A DNA stretch of 64,000 bases from a virus, in IMG/VR virus record IMGVR_UViG_3300028558_000001, positions 32,001 to 96,000 of that record; one strand, 5' to 3'. A model generated the notes under the pieces. That model ran no database searches. It was not told the origin of the DNA and worked only from the letters and a program-made list of their open reading frames with translations. The position numbers were made by a program, and so were the translations under genes. Shown one piece after another: positions 17,955 through 26,790 of this stretch. Position 1 is the first letter of the stretch, and each line of letters starts with the position of its first letter.

Positions 17955-18458
17955 ATGAGAACAACTGACACACATGTATTTTTTTGGGGATCATTCTTAT
18001 CTAACTTTTATTATGCCCCATTTGATGTAGCATTTGAAGGTGAAACACTTCATTTTAAATCTTCTGAGCAAGCCTATATGGCTTCAAAAGCTCTGTTCTT
18101 TGGTGATAGCGCGGCCTTTAGGAAGATTCTAGACGCCTTCGATGCTAGAGAAGCCAAGGCCATTGGGCGAACTGTAAACAATTTCGATGCTATCGCATGG
18201 GATGAAGTCTCATATGAAGCGATGTTTTCAGCCTGTGTCGCCAAGTTCGCCAACAATATCATCATCCGCGAAAAGCTTATTGAGACTGGCGATCTAATTC
18301 TTGTGGAAGCAAGTCCCCTAGATTGCATCTGGGGTGTTGGCCTTCATGAAGATGATGATCTAATTCTTAATGAAAAGAACTGGAAAGGCGAGAACCGCCT
18401 AGGGAAGGTTCTTATGGAAGTCCGTTCATTTATGAAAGAAAGTTTTCCCAATGAGTGA
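17955..18458 (+). CDS. NADAR family ADP-ribosylhydrolase (YbiA/T4 gp30.3-like)
   Basis: FLSNFY, SSEQAYMASKA, AKAIGR, LVEASPLDCIWGVG, GENRLGKVLMEVR. Confidence 0.92.
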   Translation: MRTTDTHVFFWGSFLSNFYYAPFDVAFEGETLHFKSSEQAYMASKALFFGDSAAFRKILDAFDAREAKAIGRTVNNFDAIAWDEVSYEAMFSACVAKFANNIIIREKLIETGDLILVEASPLDCIWGVGLHEDDDLILNEKNWKGENRLGKVLMEVRSFMKESFPNE

Positions 18459-18624
18459 TGAGAAATACAATACTATGACGCTAACAATTGTTATTATTAC
18501 TTTCATTATTGCATTGGTTGTTGGCGCAAGCTATTCCAATAACCAGAGCCGACAGGTTGGCATTGAATGTATCAAAGCTGGTTTTGAATGGAAGTTTGGT
18601 AATTGTATTAAAGGGGAGAAATAA
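18451..18624 (+). CDS. 57-aa membrane-anchored microprotein with two Cys
   Basis: MSDEKYNTMTLTIVIITFIIALVVGASY...ECIKAGFEWKFGNCIKGEK; missing from the ORF track. Confidence 0.6.
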   Translation: MSDEKYNTMTLTIVIITFIIALVVGASYSNNQSRQVGIECIKAGFEWKFGNCIKGEK

Positions 18625-18625
18625 A

Positions 18626-19707
18626 ATGGCAGTTCGAATTGGTAAGTATATTTCATTTGATGATGAAAGTCGTTCTGAGACTACTACGTTTAGTCCAACG
18701 ATTGGTAAGGAAATACTGGTTTCTTTTAAGGATAATGATGGAGAAACAGGTTCACGAATTATCTTGAGGAAAGACATTCCTAAGTTAATTACTTATTTAC
18801 AGGATTTTGTGGATGATTACTCATGAAGTTAAATGTTAATATTGATCATACCTGTACTTATTCAAAACGTTCTAAGGAAGCTTATGGAGATTGGCGAAGT
18901 GACTACTCTAATGATTTAGAGTCAGTTACTATTTCAGAAGATGGTTATGGAGAACCAATTGACTTTGAAGTTGAAAATGGTGAAGAAGTCTTTGTGGTTT
19001 GGGCTGAGTATTCTACTGGTGACTCTTTCGGGCGTTCTTCTGGCTCTTTTGATGTTGTTACCGTCTACAAGAGTGAAGACAAAGCTAATAAAGCTGCTAA
19101 GATTTTAACTAGTCCTGTATCTGATGGTAAAGATTATTATGAGTCATGGACAGTTGAATTAACTACAGAAGGCGGTAGCCTTCTAAAGTATAATCGTCCT
19201 TGGATGGGATACTTTGAACATTTAGAAGGGGTTAATGTAACCCCTGCTATCATTGGTTCTGGAAGAAAGGGACGGAGATATGTCTGATTTTAAAGTTGGT
19301 GATAAGGTAACGATGTATGGCTACCACCCTGTTGCAAATGACCTTGATGAAGCTTACAATGGTGAAGTAGGAACAATTGTTGATATTGGTTCATACATTG
19401 AAGTTCAATTTGAAGTAGAAATTGATGGATTAGATAATTATCTTCTATTTGCAAATGAAATTGAATTAATTGAACCTTTTGAATTTAAGGAGGCACTTTA
19501 ATGTCTAAGAAAATTGAATTTGATTTAACTGGTCTTGAAGTTTTAAAGATCATGAATTTTTTTAATAAGTGTAATATCGACACTGATACTGTTTGTGTTT
19601 CTGTTGATATTAATGCGTCAGATAATACTTATGTCTGGCCCATGATTTTTACTGAGATTGCGACTGGCAAAGCAGTAGATGTTACTGATTACCGGGAGGA
19701 AGTTTAA
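18626..19707 (+). other. Four hypothetical ORFs (18626-18826, 18823-19287, 19280-19501 SH3-like, 19501-19707)
   Basis: RBS and overlap packing. Confidence 0.65.
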
Positions 19708-20714
19708 TGAAGCACTTATCATTTCCATCTATTGAACAGTTTCGTAATGTAGTAAAGTCTGTTTCTGATCGTACATATCATAATGGACATGTTCGTAAGC
19801 CAGTCATTATGTTTCGTGGTACTGTAAAGAGTCATGGAACCAATGCATCTATTGTATATGATCGAGAAGAGAATGTATTCTATGCTCAATCTCGTTCCAA
19901 TGTTCTTTCCCTAACTTCTGATAATGCTGGTTTCTGTCAGTATTTTGAGACTAATAGGGAATTTTTTGAGACGTGGTTAAGAAACACTGTGTCGGATGGG
20001 GAACGCTATTACTCTATCTATGGTGAATGGTGTGGTGGAAACATTCAGAAGGGTGTTGCTATCTCAGGTCTTCCTAAGATGTTTCTTATTTTCGCTCTTA
20101 GACTATCTAATTTAGATGAGGATAACAATCCAGTTTCTAACTGGTATTTTGATAATCTTGAAGTCCCAAAGAATGAAATTGGTTGTTATTCAATCGCTTC
20201 ATTTGGAACCTATGAGATTGCCATTGACTTTAACAATCCTGAACTATCTCAGAATCAGTTAGTAGAGTGGACAGAAGGTGTAGAAGAAGTCTGTCCAATT
20301 GGTAAGTTCTTTGGTAATGAAGGTGTTGGTGAAGGAATCGTTTATCATCCAGTGAGTGCCGATATTCCTAATTTTCATCTTTCAGAACTATTTTTCAAGG
20401 TAAAGGGTGAAAAGCACTCTGTTTCAAAGGTGAAGACCCTTGCGGCAGTTGACGTAGAAGTTATTAATTCTATTAATGAATTAGTTGCCTCTCTTGCTAC
20501 TGACAATCGCTTTAACCAAGGAATTCAGGTTCTAACGGAACGTGGCATTGACGTAAATGACTCCAAGAACACCAGAGACTTTATTACATGGGTCAAGGAC
20601 GATGTTATCAAGGAAGATCGGGATACAATCCTTGTTTCTGGCCTTGACTTCGGCAAGGTAATTGGTAATATCACGTCAATGGCCGGTAAGTGGTTTAATA
20701 GTCGGCCAATTTGA
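19707..20714 (+). CDS. RNA ligase, Rnl2 family
   Basis: Motif I TVKSHGTN, AQSR, YGEWCG, EGIV, FKVK. Confidence 0.88.
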   Translation: MKHLSFPSIEQFRNVVKSVSDRTYHNGHVRKPVIMFRGTVKSHGTNASIVYDREENVFYAQSRSNVLSLTSDNAGFCQYFETNREFFETWLRNTVSDGERYYSIYGEWCGGNIQKGVAISGLPKMFLIFALRLSNLDEDNNPVSNWYFDNLEVPKNEIGCYSIASFGTYEIAIDFNNPELSQNQLVEWTEGVEEVCPIGKFFGNEGVGEGIVYHPVSADIPNFHLSELFFKVKGEKHSVSKVKTLAAVDVEVINSINELVASLATDNRFNQGIQVLTERGIDVNDSKNTRDFITWVKDDVIKEDRDTILVSGLDFGKVIGNITSMAGKWFNSRPI

Positions 20715-20738
20715 AATAATTATGAAAGGAAATAATGA

Positions 20739-21446
20739 ATGTCAAGTTACCATGAGTTAAAGAACGCTGCATTTATCACCGTTCTAAACAGTTATCTAAA
20801 TCTACATAACGTTCCTTCTGATATTGCCCTAATCATTAATGAATATATCATTGCTGATAAGATCAATTTCAAGCCACATGCTCACAATCCTTATTCTGTA
20901 GAAGATGGTCTTGGTATCATCGAGCAATTTTCTGGTCCAGTTGATGTTGCTGATCCAGTTTATGTTGAATATGTCAACACTCTACGGACTTCAATCAACT
21001 CTCTTGCTTCAATCATTAAGGTACTCAATCGGTATATTAATGATTGTGAGTTTAATAAGTGGATTGAACTTAATGCCAATATTGACTCTCCATACCGCCA
21101 TAACTTTCATAAGTTAATTGCAGCAGTTCGCCATGATCTTGTTTTTGATTATAATGAACTAATTGCTCTGCGTGTTTACTGGAAGGGTATGTATAAGGCT
21201 GTCCGTTCATACAATCAGAGTAATCTATCCCCATCAACAGTACATTAAGGGGAGCTTATAATAATGAATAAGAATAAGCTCACCAAGGAAGTATTTGAGG
21301 AAATTTTAGAAGTCGCTATTGATGCTTTTGGTTTCTCCTATGTTTGGGATACTATTAAGGATTTCAATAGAGAACTAAATTTTGATGATGATTGTTTAAC
21401 CGATCCTGATGAGGATTTCTATTGGACAGGAGAAGAGGATGAGTGA
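20739..21446 (+). other. Two hypothetical ORFs (20739-21248, 21264-21446 acidic)
   Basis: RBS motifs. Confidence 0.6.
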
Positions 21447-21804
21447 ATATACTACTAAAGATTTATCTGAACTAGTTTCCAAGATTAATTCAGATGTTGA
21501 ACTTGCCATTAAGATTTCTAATGAAGTTAGGACAGGTTTCGCTATTCGATACTCAGGAACTTGGTACGTTCCTGAGACAAGTCGTCTAACATATGAGGAA
21601 GTCCTAGAAGGCATTGAAAAGAATGCCTTTAGGGATGAATTACTTCCTTCTCTGTGTGAGGCACTAGATAACTATAAAAGGTTAGTAGAGACGTATGGTG
21701 AATCATATGTTTTCCATATTGATGATGATCATTGCTTTGTAGAAGAAGACTATGGTTATGACGGACAGTATACGGGTTGGCTAAATTCATCATCTAATTG
21801 TTAA
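21439..21804 (+). CDS. W-x-x-S-x-x-x-C motif protein 1
   Basis: Ends GWLNSSSNC*. Confidence 0.8.
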   Translation: MSEYTTKDLSELVSKINSDVELAIKISNEVRTGFAIRYSGTWYVPETSRLTYEEVLEGIEKNAFRDELLPSLCEALDNYKRLVETYGESYVFHIDDDHCFVEEDYGYDGQYTGWLNSSSNC

Positions 21805-21829
21805 TAATTATCAAGAAAGGATTTATATT

Positions 21830-22198
21830 ATGAGTTATACTAATGAAGATTTAGACTCGGCTGTTAAGGAAATCTATGCGGCAGTAGCAAAGGCAGAAAC
21901 GATTTCAGAGGAACTTCGTGAGGGGTTTACTCTTGAGATTGCCTATGGTATGGGTGGCTGGTACGTTCCCAAGTCATCACGCCTTGATTATGAAACCATT
22001 CTGGCTAAGATCGAGGAAAATAGCTTTTCTGATGATGATCTAGAACTTGTCAAGGAACTTCTAGAGGAATATGCGGAAATGAAGGAAAAGAATCCAACCC
22101 GTAACTATGTGTTTGACTTAGAAGAAGGCGTACTATATCGTAAGTCTTTATATGAGGATGATTCGACTGGTTGGCGTTCATCTTCTTCCTCTTGCTGA
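21830..22198 (+). CDS. W-x-x-S-x-x-x-C motif protein 2
   Basis: IAYGMGGWYVP; ends GWRSSSSSC*. Confidence 0.85.
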   Translation: MSYTNEDLDSAVKEIYAAVAKAETISEELREGFTLEIAYGMGGWYVPKSSRLDYETILAKIEENSFSDDDLELVKELLEEYAEMKEKNPTRNYVFDLEEGVLYRKSLYEDDSTGWRSSSSSC

Positions 22199-22211
22199 AA
22201 AAGGTTTAATA

Positions 22212-22466
22212 ATGAGTGATCTGTTAACTTTCAAAGAGATTATTGATATTATTGCATCTTCTGATGATGTTTCTTCGGAAGATCGCCTTAAGATCAAGAC
22301 CCTTCTTAATCTTTATTATGATAAGAAGCGTTTTTATGAAACCGATTACAAGTTTGATATTGTTAATTGGAAGCTAGTTCCTGTTGATAAGTATGAATCC
22401 ACTTGGGATTCATCTTCTTGTTCTGGTTATGACGAAGATTGGAGTTCTTCTGATGCTGAATGTTGA
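22212..22466 (+). CDS. W-x-x-S-x-x-x-C motif protein 3 (two motif copies)
   Basis: TWDSSSCSGYDEDWSSSDAEC*. Confidence 0.8.
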   Translation: MSDLLTFKEIIDIIASSDDVSSEDRLKIKTLLNLYYDKKRFYETDYKFDIVNWKLVPVDKYESTWDSSSCSGYDEDWSSSDAEC

Positions 22467-22812
22467 ACAGGCAAAGGATGCCCTAGATAAGGCAGTTAAA
22501 GATTTACAGGACGCCTCTGATCGCGAGGGCGTACCAGTTAGATATGTCTTTGGTGACTCAGATTATGGTGGCTTCACATATGTTCCTGATTCACTAAATC
22601 TTCTCACATTTGATCAGGTACTTGAAGCTATTGAATATGAGAAGTTCTCATCATATGAGCTTTCAACTGTTTCTCGTCTTATTAAAGAATATAACGAGAA
22701 GACTAAGAATAGCAAGTATGCTAAATTTAAGTTCAATCTAACTAAAGGAACACTTGACGAATCAGAATATGATGATACTGGTCGTTGGTATTCCTCATCA
22801 GAACGTTGTTAA
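22453..22812 (+). CDS. W-x-x-S-x-x-x-C motif protein 4
   Basis: ggag RBS; YGGFTYVP; ends RWYSSSERC*. Confidence 0.8.
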   Translation: MLNVEQAKDALDKAVKDLQDASDREGVPVRYVFGDSDYGGFTYVPDSLNLLTFDQVLEAIEYEKFSSYELSTVSRLIKEYNEKTKNSKYAKFKFNLTKGTLDESEYDDTGRWYSSSERC

Positions 22813-22824
22813 GGAGAAATTGTT

Positions 22825-23142
22825 ATGAAGCCTATTTCATTTTCTGAGTTATTAGATAAGATCACTGAGGGAGAGATTTCCAAGGAACAGATGGTGGCTA
22901 TCCGTCCACTCATTGATGATTATATGAGGATGAATACTTCTGTTACATCTGAGATTAAGTTTGTTCTAGAAACAAACCAACTATATTTAGATCAGTATTC
23001 AGAAAATCCTTATATGGATGACTGGATGGCTTCAACTGCAAGTTGTTCTGGTTATGAAACCGTTTATAATTATGACAAGTGGGCCAATCAGCGTATTGAT
23101 CCTGAATGGGGTGAGAAAGAGTTTTATCGCTTCGATGATTGA
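22825..23142 (+). CDS. W-x-x-S-x-x-x-C motif protein 5 (motif internal)
   Basis: DWMASTASCSGYE followed by an extension. Confidence 0.75.
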   Translation: MKPISFSELLDKITEGEISKEQMVAIRPLIDDYMRMNTSVTSEIKFVLETNQLYLDQYSENPYMDDWMASTASCSGYETVYNYDKWANQRIDPEWGEKEFYRFDD

Positions 23143-23223
23143 TCCTAATGTTGGTTGTATCCTATTAGGATTAGTAATTATAAGCATCTATCTGTACGTA
23201 ACTACTAGATAAAGGAATATAAG

Positions 23224-24132
23224 ATGATTCTGACTGGTTCTCATGCACTTGCCAAATATATTGATATTGGTCGTGAACCCAAGGACATTGATTATCTTTG
23301 CTCATATGATGAATATGAAGCCTTCGTTTATTTTAATGAAAGCAAGATTGTTCATAAAGGCGATACCAAGTTTGGGCATTTCGTTATCATGCTCGGCTCC
23401 AAGCCAATTGAGTTTGATATTGCTGAGAAGTCAGAATCATCTAAAATTCTTTATGATGCATATAAGGGAAGGGAAGCACTTCCTCTCCATGTTCTATATG
23501 CCATGAAAATGTCTCATCGTTATCTTAGGAATTCTCCTCATTTTCTCAAGACGATGAACGACATTATTCTTATGCGTGATGAAGGAGCAGGAATTACCTC
23601 AAAAATGGCTGAGTGGATTAAGCTCCGTGAGAAGGAAACTTATGTTTACAAGCATCCTGACCTTACCGTTGATAAGGTGAACTTCTTTGTGGATAATTTC
23701 TATAAATTTGATCATGACGACGTTCATGAAGCTATCAAGGTAGGCGATGCTCCTGCTTATCAGGCTATCAAGATTCCCGGAGAAGATGTGAAGTGTTCCA
23801 AGGAACTATTTGATGCCCTTCCATATGAGAAGAAGCTTCTTTGCACCTATGAAGAGTCTTGCGTCCTTGCACTAGAGCGCCACCAGATTCCAAATAACTA
23901 CAATCCTGATCCTCTCAAGTCTTTCCAGATTGCTCTACAGAAGGTTTGTTCTTCTATTACTTCTGGATGGTTTCGTGAATGGTCATGGGAAAATTACTAT
24001 CAGGTACTTGACTTCTATGCTCAGAAAGGGCATAATGACTATGTTGATCGTCTCAGGAAGGCAGATGATGAAGGTCGTCTACGTCTTTGGGATGACGTTA
24101 AGCAAAAACTAATGAATAATAAAGCAGCTTAA
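23224..24132 (+). CDS. Pol-beta-superfamily nucleotidyltransferase-like protein
   Basis: ILTGSHAL...KDIDY...IEFD (GS, DxD, third acid) plus a C-terminal domain with DHDDVHE. Confidence 0.75.
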   Translation: MILTGSHALAKYIDIGREPKDIDYLCSYDEYEAFVYFNESKIVHKGDTKFGHFVIMLGSKPIEFDIAEKSESSKILYDAYKGREALPLHVLYAMKMSHRYLRNSPHFLKTMNDIILMRDEGAGITSKMAEWIKLREKETYVYKHPDLTVDKVNFFVDNFYKFDHDDVHEAIKVGDAPAYQAIKIPGEDVKCSKELFDALPYEKKLLCTYEESCVLALERHQIPNNYNPDPLKSFQIALQKVCSSITSGWFREWSWENYYQVLDFYAQKGHNDYVDRLRKADDEGRLRLWDDVKQKLMNNKAA

Positions 24133-24133
24133 T

Positions 24134-25132
24134 ATGAAAGGAAATTCCCTCTTGGTTGATATTAACCTAAATTATAATGATTCTCTATATTCGTCTGTAG
24201 AAGGTAAGTTTGTTTTAAAGCATTTACATGAGAATGTAGATATTGTTTGTGAAGAATTTGATTCTTCCAATACTCTACAGGAAATCATGGCGATTACCAA
24301 ACAAGTTATCAAAAATATTGTCATCATCCAACATTCTGTTCATACTGTTTATATGTTATCTGATAACTATCATATCCGTATGTTTAAGAATAATAAGATT
24401 GTTTCCCTATCCGTTAAAGGTTCACAAAAGAACGTTGACTATTTTAAGGGAATCATTAATGTAGCAGAAGAAGAACCTGTTGTGCATTGGTTCCATAAGG
24501 AAGGTTCCTCTTTCGCTCAGGAGAGCTTTCCTCTCAAGAATAACAATATGCCTATTGATGAAATGTATCCATTCATCAAGGATGGATTGACAGATTATTA
24601 TGATAGATATATGAAGTCTTCTGCATCTATCCTCCTACTCATTGGTCCTCCCGGCTGTGGTAAGACAACATTCCTTCGTGGTCTTCTCCATTATACCTCA
24701 TCTGATTCTATGATGACTTATGATGAACTTCTACTACAGGATGACCACTTCTTCATTCGGTTCATTAAGTCAGATGATCTATTCCTAATTATCGAAGATG
24801 CTGATACAATGATTAGACCAAGAGACGAAGGTAATAAGCTAGTTGCTCGTTTCCTAAACCTATCAGATGGTATCATGGATATTCAGAACAAGAAAATCGT
24901 TTTCACAACCAATCTTGATTCTCTTGCTAATGTCGATCCAGCACTTACCCGCGAAGGCCGTTGTTTTGATGTTCTTCACTTCCGTCATCTTAATTTTGAT
25001 GAGGCAACAAAACTAGCAGATAAGTGTGAGATTGATTTCAATCCAGCAAGACGCTCTGATGAGTTTCCAGTATCAGAAGTCTTTAATAACAAGCGCAACA
25101 ATGATCGCAAAACAAAGTTAGGATTCTTTTAA
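24134..25132 (+). CDS. AAA+ ATPase
   Basis: GPPGCGKT, IIEDAD, FTTN, DPALTREGRCFD. Confidence 0.9.
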   Translation: MKGNSLLVDINLNYNDSLYSSVEGKFVLKHLHENVDIVCEEFDSSNTLQEIMAITKQVIKNIVIIQHSVHTVYMLSDNYHIRMFKNNKIVSLSVKGSQKNVDYFKGIINVAEEEPVVHWFHKEGSSFAQESFPLKNNNMPIDEMYPFIKDGLTDYYDRYMKSSASILLLIGPPGCGKTTFLRGLLHYTSSDSMMTYDELLLQDDHFFIRFIKSDDLFLIIEDADTMIRPRDEGNKLVARFLNLSDGIMDIQNKKIVFTTNLDSLANVDPALTREGRCFDVLHFRHLNFDEATKLADKCEIDFNPARRSDEFPVSEVFNNKRNNDRKTKLGFF

Positions 25133-26144
25133 TGAAAGCATATGAAATTCTAGTAGACTCACAGATTGAACCAGAAGCCAAGGTCGGAACACTTTGTTAT
25201 GAACTAAAGGGAATTGATTTTGGTGCTGCCGAACATGACTCTCATGTTCTAGGCGTCGAATGTGTTGCCGTCTCTCTTAAGGAGTCCGGCGACTATCCAT
25301 TCTTCTGTATTCCTGCGGCCCATCTAAAGGAACTTAAATGACTCCTAAAGAATTGGAACAGTTGGATGAAGCACTCCATAATGCCAGAGTGTTTCTCAAC
25401 GTGTATATGTCTGAATTTGATTCCATTACTCCTGTAATGATGAAGCAAATGGATGATGCAATTGCTTTAGTTAAATCAAAGTTAGGGGAGAGTGAGAATG
25501 TCAAAGATATTTACAAACAACTGCCACACCAGATTATGCCCTAATATCTTCGCTGGTTATCTAACAACCTCTAATAATTATCTAATCGAATTAAATTGGT
25601 GGGATAAGATTTTATTATGTCTGCGGCTAACTAATACAAAGAAGTTAGATATTAAGTATGTAGCCAATATTAATAAGATGAGGAAGTGATGAGTAGAACA
25701 GAAAAGGTATATGGCTATACAACAAAAGATTTGTTAGTAGGAACTACACCACGAAAAGTACAAGTATTTGATAATGGTGCTGCTCGTTGGGTAACTCAAA
25801 GGGATGGTAAACTCACAATGATTTCAGGAAAAGCTACCGATTCAACATTCATTGCCAATAAGGATTCTGATAATGAATGGATTCGTAATAATTTCAAGGC
25901 TAAGCGTGATCGTGTGAATGTCCCTCAGTCACGCGAAGAACTTGCTGAGAAGCAGAAAGCCCTTCGTGAAGATATTAGGGCTACCTGTATTGCCAAGTAT
26001 GGTGAAAATGTAGAATATGAAGGCGAAATCCGTAAAATGGATTATTATAGGGTTGACGGCTTTGGTGCAATCAGTTATAAAAGCAATAGGATCACTGGTT
26101 GGAACCGTGGTGGACTTTTTATCAAATCAACTGCCGCTGATTAA
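25132..26144 (+). other. Small hypothetical ORFs (25132-25341, 25338-25544, ~25498-25689, 25689-26144)
   Basis: Packed ORFs. Confidence 0.6.
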
Positions 26145-26172
26145 TTGTTAAATAGTGGCAAAGGAGAGAGAA

Positions 26173-26328
26173 ATGAAACATATTAAAAATCCTATTGCCA
26201 AAGACCTTCGTACTCCGAAGTACCGACTCAGGGTCGTGAAGGACAAGAAATCATATGACCGCAAGGCACAGAAAAGGGAGGATCAAAAATCCTCCCTTTC
26301 TGACGTTTATTATCCTGCAATAGTGTAA
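26173..26328 (+). CDS. ArfA-like (alternative ribosome-rescue factor-like) 51-aa basic protein
   Basis: aaggagagagaaATG; KNPIAKDLRTPKYRLRVVKDKKSYDRK versus E. coli ArfA [29 protein letters not shown]; missing from the ORF track. Confidence 0.6.
   Translation: MKHIKNPIAKDLRTPKYRLRVVKDKKSYDRKAQKREDQKSSLSDVYYPAIV
26273..26299. terminator. Hairpin between convergent units, lying inside the ArfA-like ORF
   Basis: aaagggaggat-caaaa-atcctcccttt. Confidence 0.65.
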
Positions 26329-26717
26329 CTGATTTCTTCTCTTGAGAATTTCTTGCGACCGTCATTTGGTGAGACTTTCGTAAGCTTCCCTGCTTTCACC
26401 ATTTTTGAAAGAACAGGTGAAAGACTGTTCTTAACCACCTTCGTTTCCTGCATGATCTGATCGAAATTACAGGCTTTCATCTTCTGAATAGCATGGAGAA
26501 TTTTCTTCTCCGCCGTATCGAGGATGATTGGTTTTTCTTTTTCTGGCTTCACCATAGAAACAACATTGTCGGTGTTGTCCTTCTCTATGGTCATAGTGAA
26601 CTCAATCTTCTTCAATATGCCAAGGTCTTCAAGGGCTGCTAGAGCGCCCGTTACCTTGGCTTGGTTCTTGAGGGAAAGATTGTTAATGTCCACAACTCCA
26701 TGATATTTCCAAGCCAT
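26310..26717 (-). CDS. Protein with C-terminal winged-HTH domain (putative regulator)
   Basis: ggagg RBS; EKKILHAI..QIMQET.V.KNSLSPVLSKMVKAGKL..Y. Confidence 0.65.
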   Translation of the reverse strand: MAWKYHGVVDINNLSLKNQAKVTGALAALEDLGILKKIEFTMTIEKDNTDNVVSMVKPEKEKPIILDTAEKKILHAIQKMKACNFDQIMQETKVVKNSLSPVLSKMVKAGKLTKVSPNDGRKKFSREEISYTIAG

Positions 26718-26748
26718 ATGAACCTCCATCATGTACTAACGATTCGGG

Positions 26749-26777
26749 ATCATACCTGACTCATACCTACCCGTCAA
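26749..26777 (-). promoter_or_regulatory. sigma70 promoter for the wHTH gene
   Basis: TTGACG-N17-TATGAT; the -35 lies within hairpin tacccgtc-aagc-gacgggta (26768-26787). Confidence 0.6.
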
Positions 26778-26790
26778 GCGACGGGTATCT

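Noticed and set aside
18488-18625. Signal-peptide-like N-terminus of ORF 18488-18826
   Set aside because: An alternate-frame reading of the 18451-18624 microprotein; the real start is 18626 after a ggggag RBS.
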